A stretch of 64,000 bases of DNA, from contig NC_135663.1 of the NCBI RefSeq assembly GCF_964188315.1, positions 20,956,001 to 21,020,000 of the forward strand, given 5' to 3'. This DNA is from Podarcis muralis. Lineage: Eukaryota. The notes under the pieces were generated by a model. The model was not told where the DNA came from. It saw only the letters and a list, made by a program, of their open reading frames with translations, and did no database searches. Shown in pieces: positions 61,790-64,000 of the stretch. Numbering within the stretch: position 1 is the stretch's first letter; every line of letters begins with the position of its first letter. The position numbers and the translations under genes were made by a program.

Positions 61790-62218
61790 GTGATGTATGG
61801 AAGTGAGAGCTGGACCATAAAGAAGGCTGATCGCCGAAGAATTGATGCTTTTGAATTATGGTGCTGGAGGAGACTGTTGAGAGTCCCATGGACTGCAAGA
61901 AGATCAAACGCATCCATTCTTAAGGAAATCAGACCTGAGTGCTCACTGGAAGGACAGATCGTGAAGTTGAGGCTCCAATACTTTGGCCACCTCATGAGAA
62001 GAGAAGACTCCCTGGAAAAGACCCAGATGTTGGGAAAGATGGAGGGCACTAGGAGAAGGGGACGACAGAGGATGAGATGGTTGGATAGTGTTCTCGAAGC
62101 TACAAACATGAGCCTGACCAAACTGCGGGAGGCAGTAGAAGACAGGAGTGCCTGGCGTGCTCTGGTCCATGGGGTCACGAAGAGTCGGACACGACTAAAC
62201 GACTAAACAACAACAACA
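61790..62218 (+). mobile_element. 5'-truncated Bov-B (RTE) LINE encoding the RT C-terminus
   Basis: MYGSESWTIKKADRRRIDAFELWCWRRLLRVPWTARRSN...GVTKSRTRLND*, (CAA)n tail, 12-bp TSD ATTATTTTCTGT. Confidence 0.93.
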
Positions 62219-64000
62219 TTATTTTCTGTGCCTGCTAAAAACATTCTTGTTTAAACAAGCCTACCCAGATGCTTAGAAAGTTGATGTGGATTTTAACCGT
62301 CCTTAGTAGGTTAACTTTTTGCATATTTTAAACCACTGTTTTATCTTTGAGGTTTTGTTTCATTTTATCAAGCAATGTATAAATTTGTTTTCAAGTAGTA
62401 TATAAATTTAATGGAAATGATATTAGTAATTTTGCTATATTAACTGCAGGCTGCAGCAAAGATTCAGAAGAAGCTGCTTTCAGAGAAAGACAGCTCTGAA
62501 GAGCTGTGTTTCAAACTTTTATGTTAGCTCGTATCACAATAACCATGCAAGAAATCAGTTTATTGTGAATTGCACACACATTTTTGTGTACGCTGGAGTT
62601 TCATGACAGGGCAGTCCTCTGTAACATCCAGATTCTCTTTTTGGTGATGCTGTATCTAACTAAGTCATACTCTGAGTAGCCCTAATCACCTTAATTGACC
62701 AGCCTCAACTGGATAAAGATTCTTACTATCATATGTGATATCATTATATCCCATTGTTGAAAGCTTCCAGAATTGAGTGTTTATTGAGATTTCAGCACCA
62801 ATGACAGAGTAAACATGAAGACAGAACCCAGTAGGGATGTCAGGTAATTTTGTCAGAAACAGAATCAGAAATTGCAACTGTTTGCATTTTTGTCCCATGT
62901 CCAGAAAAGAAATCAATCTAGCGAATATGGTCAGTACCAATCCAACAGATGTGATTGATATTCAGTCAACCTTTGTTGTTTTCAAACCCCCACAACAGAT
63001 ATGTAATTAAAGACTCTTTTAAAATATTGTTTTGCTATTTCCTTACAACTGAAATAGTGGGATAATTGTGTAAGTTAAATGTTATGTAAATTACATAAAT
63101 TACGTTAAATAGCCAACAGTGACACAATTCATGCAGTATGGGGAAAACAAAACTGTAGCAGATTATAATGAAGACAAGTTTGGATAGAAATTGCTGCTTT
63201 CTGACATCTTTGGTTTCTTTGTTGGAGTCTTTGTACTTCGCAGAACTGATTTCACACCAGCAGTTGGTAGCAGATGGAGTAGCAATAGCTACGCAATGGA
63301 AATCCTACAGTGAACGGTAACTAGACTTCTGGTATAAAGAACTGTGGTCAGGAGCTAACACGCCCAGTATCTCTTGCAAGAGGACACCAATGGAGCCTGG
63401 CATGTTGTATAGGGGGATGGGAAATTCACTAACAAGAATAGCTGTGGAAGGACACCTCCATAATCCCATTGACAAATCTGGAAAGGATGGTGTTTCCTTT
63501 GTACCACAATGGCAGCTAAATTCTTTGTAGTTTGTCTTATCTGCTAGTCTCACTTTTTTGTTTGCAGTTTTGAGTGATGCGCATTTTTGCAAGCAATATA
63601 ATATAACAACACAAGGCATCTCTGTATGTTCTTTTCACTAATATTGTTGTTTTCAATGCACACTCTTGCGGCGCAAGATTGTGTGAGATTGTGGTGCCCA
63701 AAACGCCCACTGTGCTCTAATACAAAGAAAGAGTTAAGGACTATGAGATACTACAATACTTTTTTTTGGTGATACCTTATTTAATGCATTCCTTTTTTGG
63801 GAGGAAGGGGGCTTGGGGGGGGGTATTGCACCAAGGCCCCCAACCACCTTAATCTGGACAAACTAATGAGCATTCAGCCTGATTTGTTTGTGGAGAGATT
63901 AGATAACATTGCATCAAGCATGTGTTAATCTGCAGTCTCTGTTGCATTTCTCCATCACCTTCCTTACTGCAAAAAGTTGGATCCACAGCCAGGATATTCC

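Noticed and set aside
61637-62206. 189-aa ORF as a host gene
   Set aside because: Its C-terminal part is the Bov-B reverse transcriptase end with TSD and tail; the N-terminal part is flanking DNA read through by chance.
62440-62530. Possible plus-strand exon (…ctgcag AAAKIQKKLLSEKDSSEELCFKLLC*)
   Set aside because: Short, with no recognisable homology and no partner exons; cannot be supported.

Overview
Vertebrate genomic DNA from a squamate, probably a lacertid lizard: it contains Sauria SINEs, Bov-B LINE ends and lizard-type CR1, L2, L1, Penelope and DNA-transposon MITEs. The window holds part of the zinc-dependent medium-chain alcohol dehydrogenase (ADH) cluster. There are four complete 9-exon genes, all on the minus strand, which I reconstructed by hand with GT-AG boundaries and in-phase exons: a class I ADH (53037-60237, 375 aa) and three paralogs resembling the sauropsid ADH-F/'ADH6' type (C 39390-48139, 376 aa; B 25386-35194, 377 aa; A 9974-21902, 377 aa). 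A and B come from a tandem segmental duplication that includes introns and promoter. Most striking observations: (1) a 1.3-kb non-autonomous hAT element in intron 8 of gene B, with an exact 8-bp TSD and an empty site in gene A, carries a CpG-island promoter and a 16-codon fragment resembling the IRAK1 N-terminus, i.e. Pack-type host-gene capture; (2) two related solo LTRs contain a ~217-codon frame opening at LTR base 2, with a strong third-codon-position bias between copies, suggesting an LTR-encoded protein under selection, and an unrelated third LTR has the same architecture; (3) gene B has a duplicated terminal exon around an L1 fragment; (4) a head-to-head Penelope insertion carries hammerhead-like cores; (5) genes A and B share a conserved stop-containing decoy exon-2 acceptor; (6) the paralogs differ radically at active-site positions. 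Family assignments rest on my recall of reference sequences; no database searches were run.
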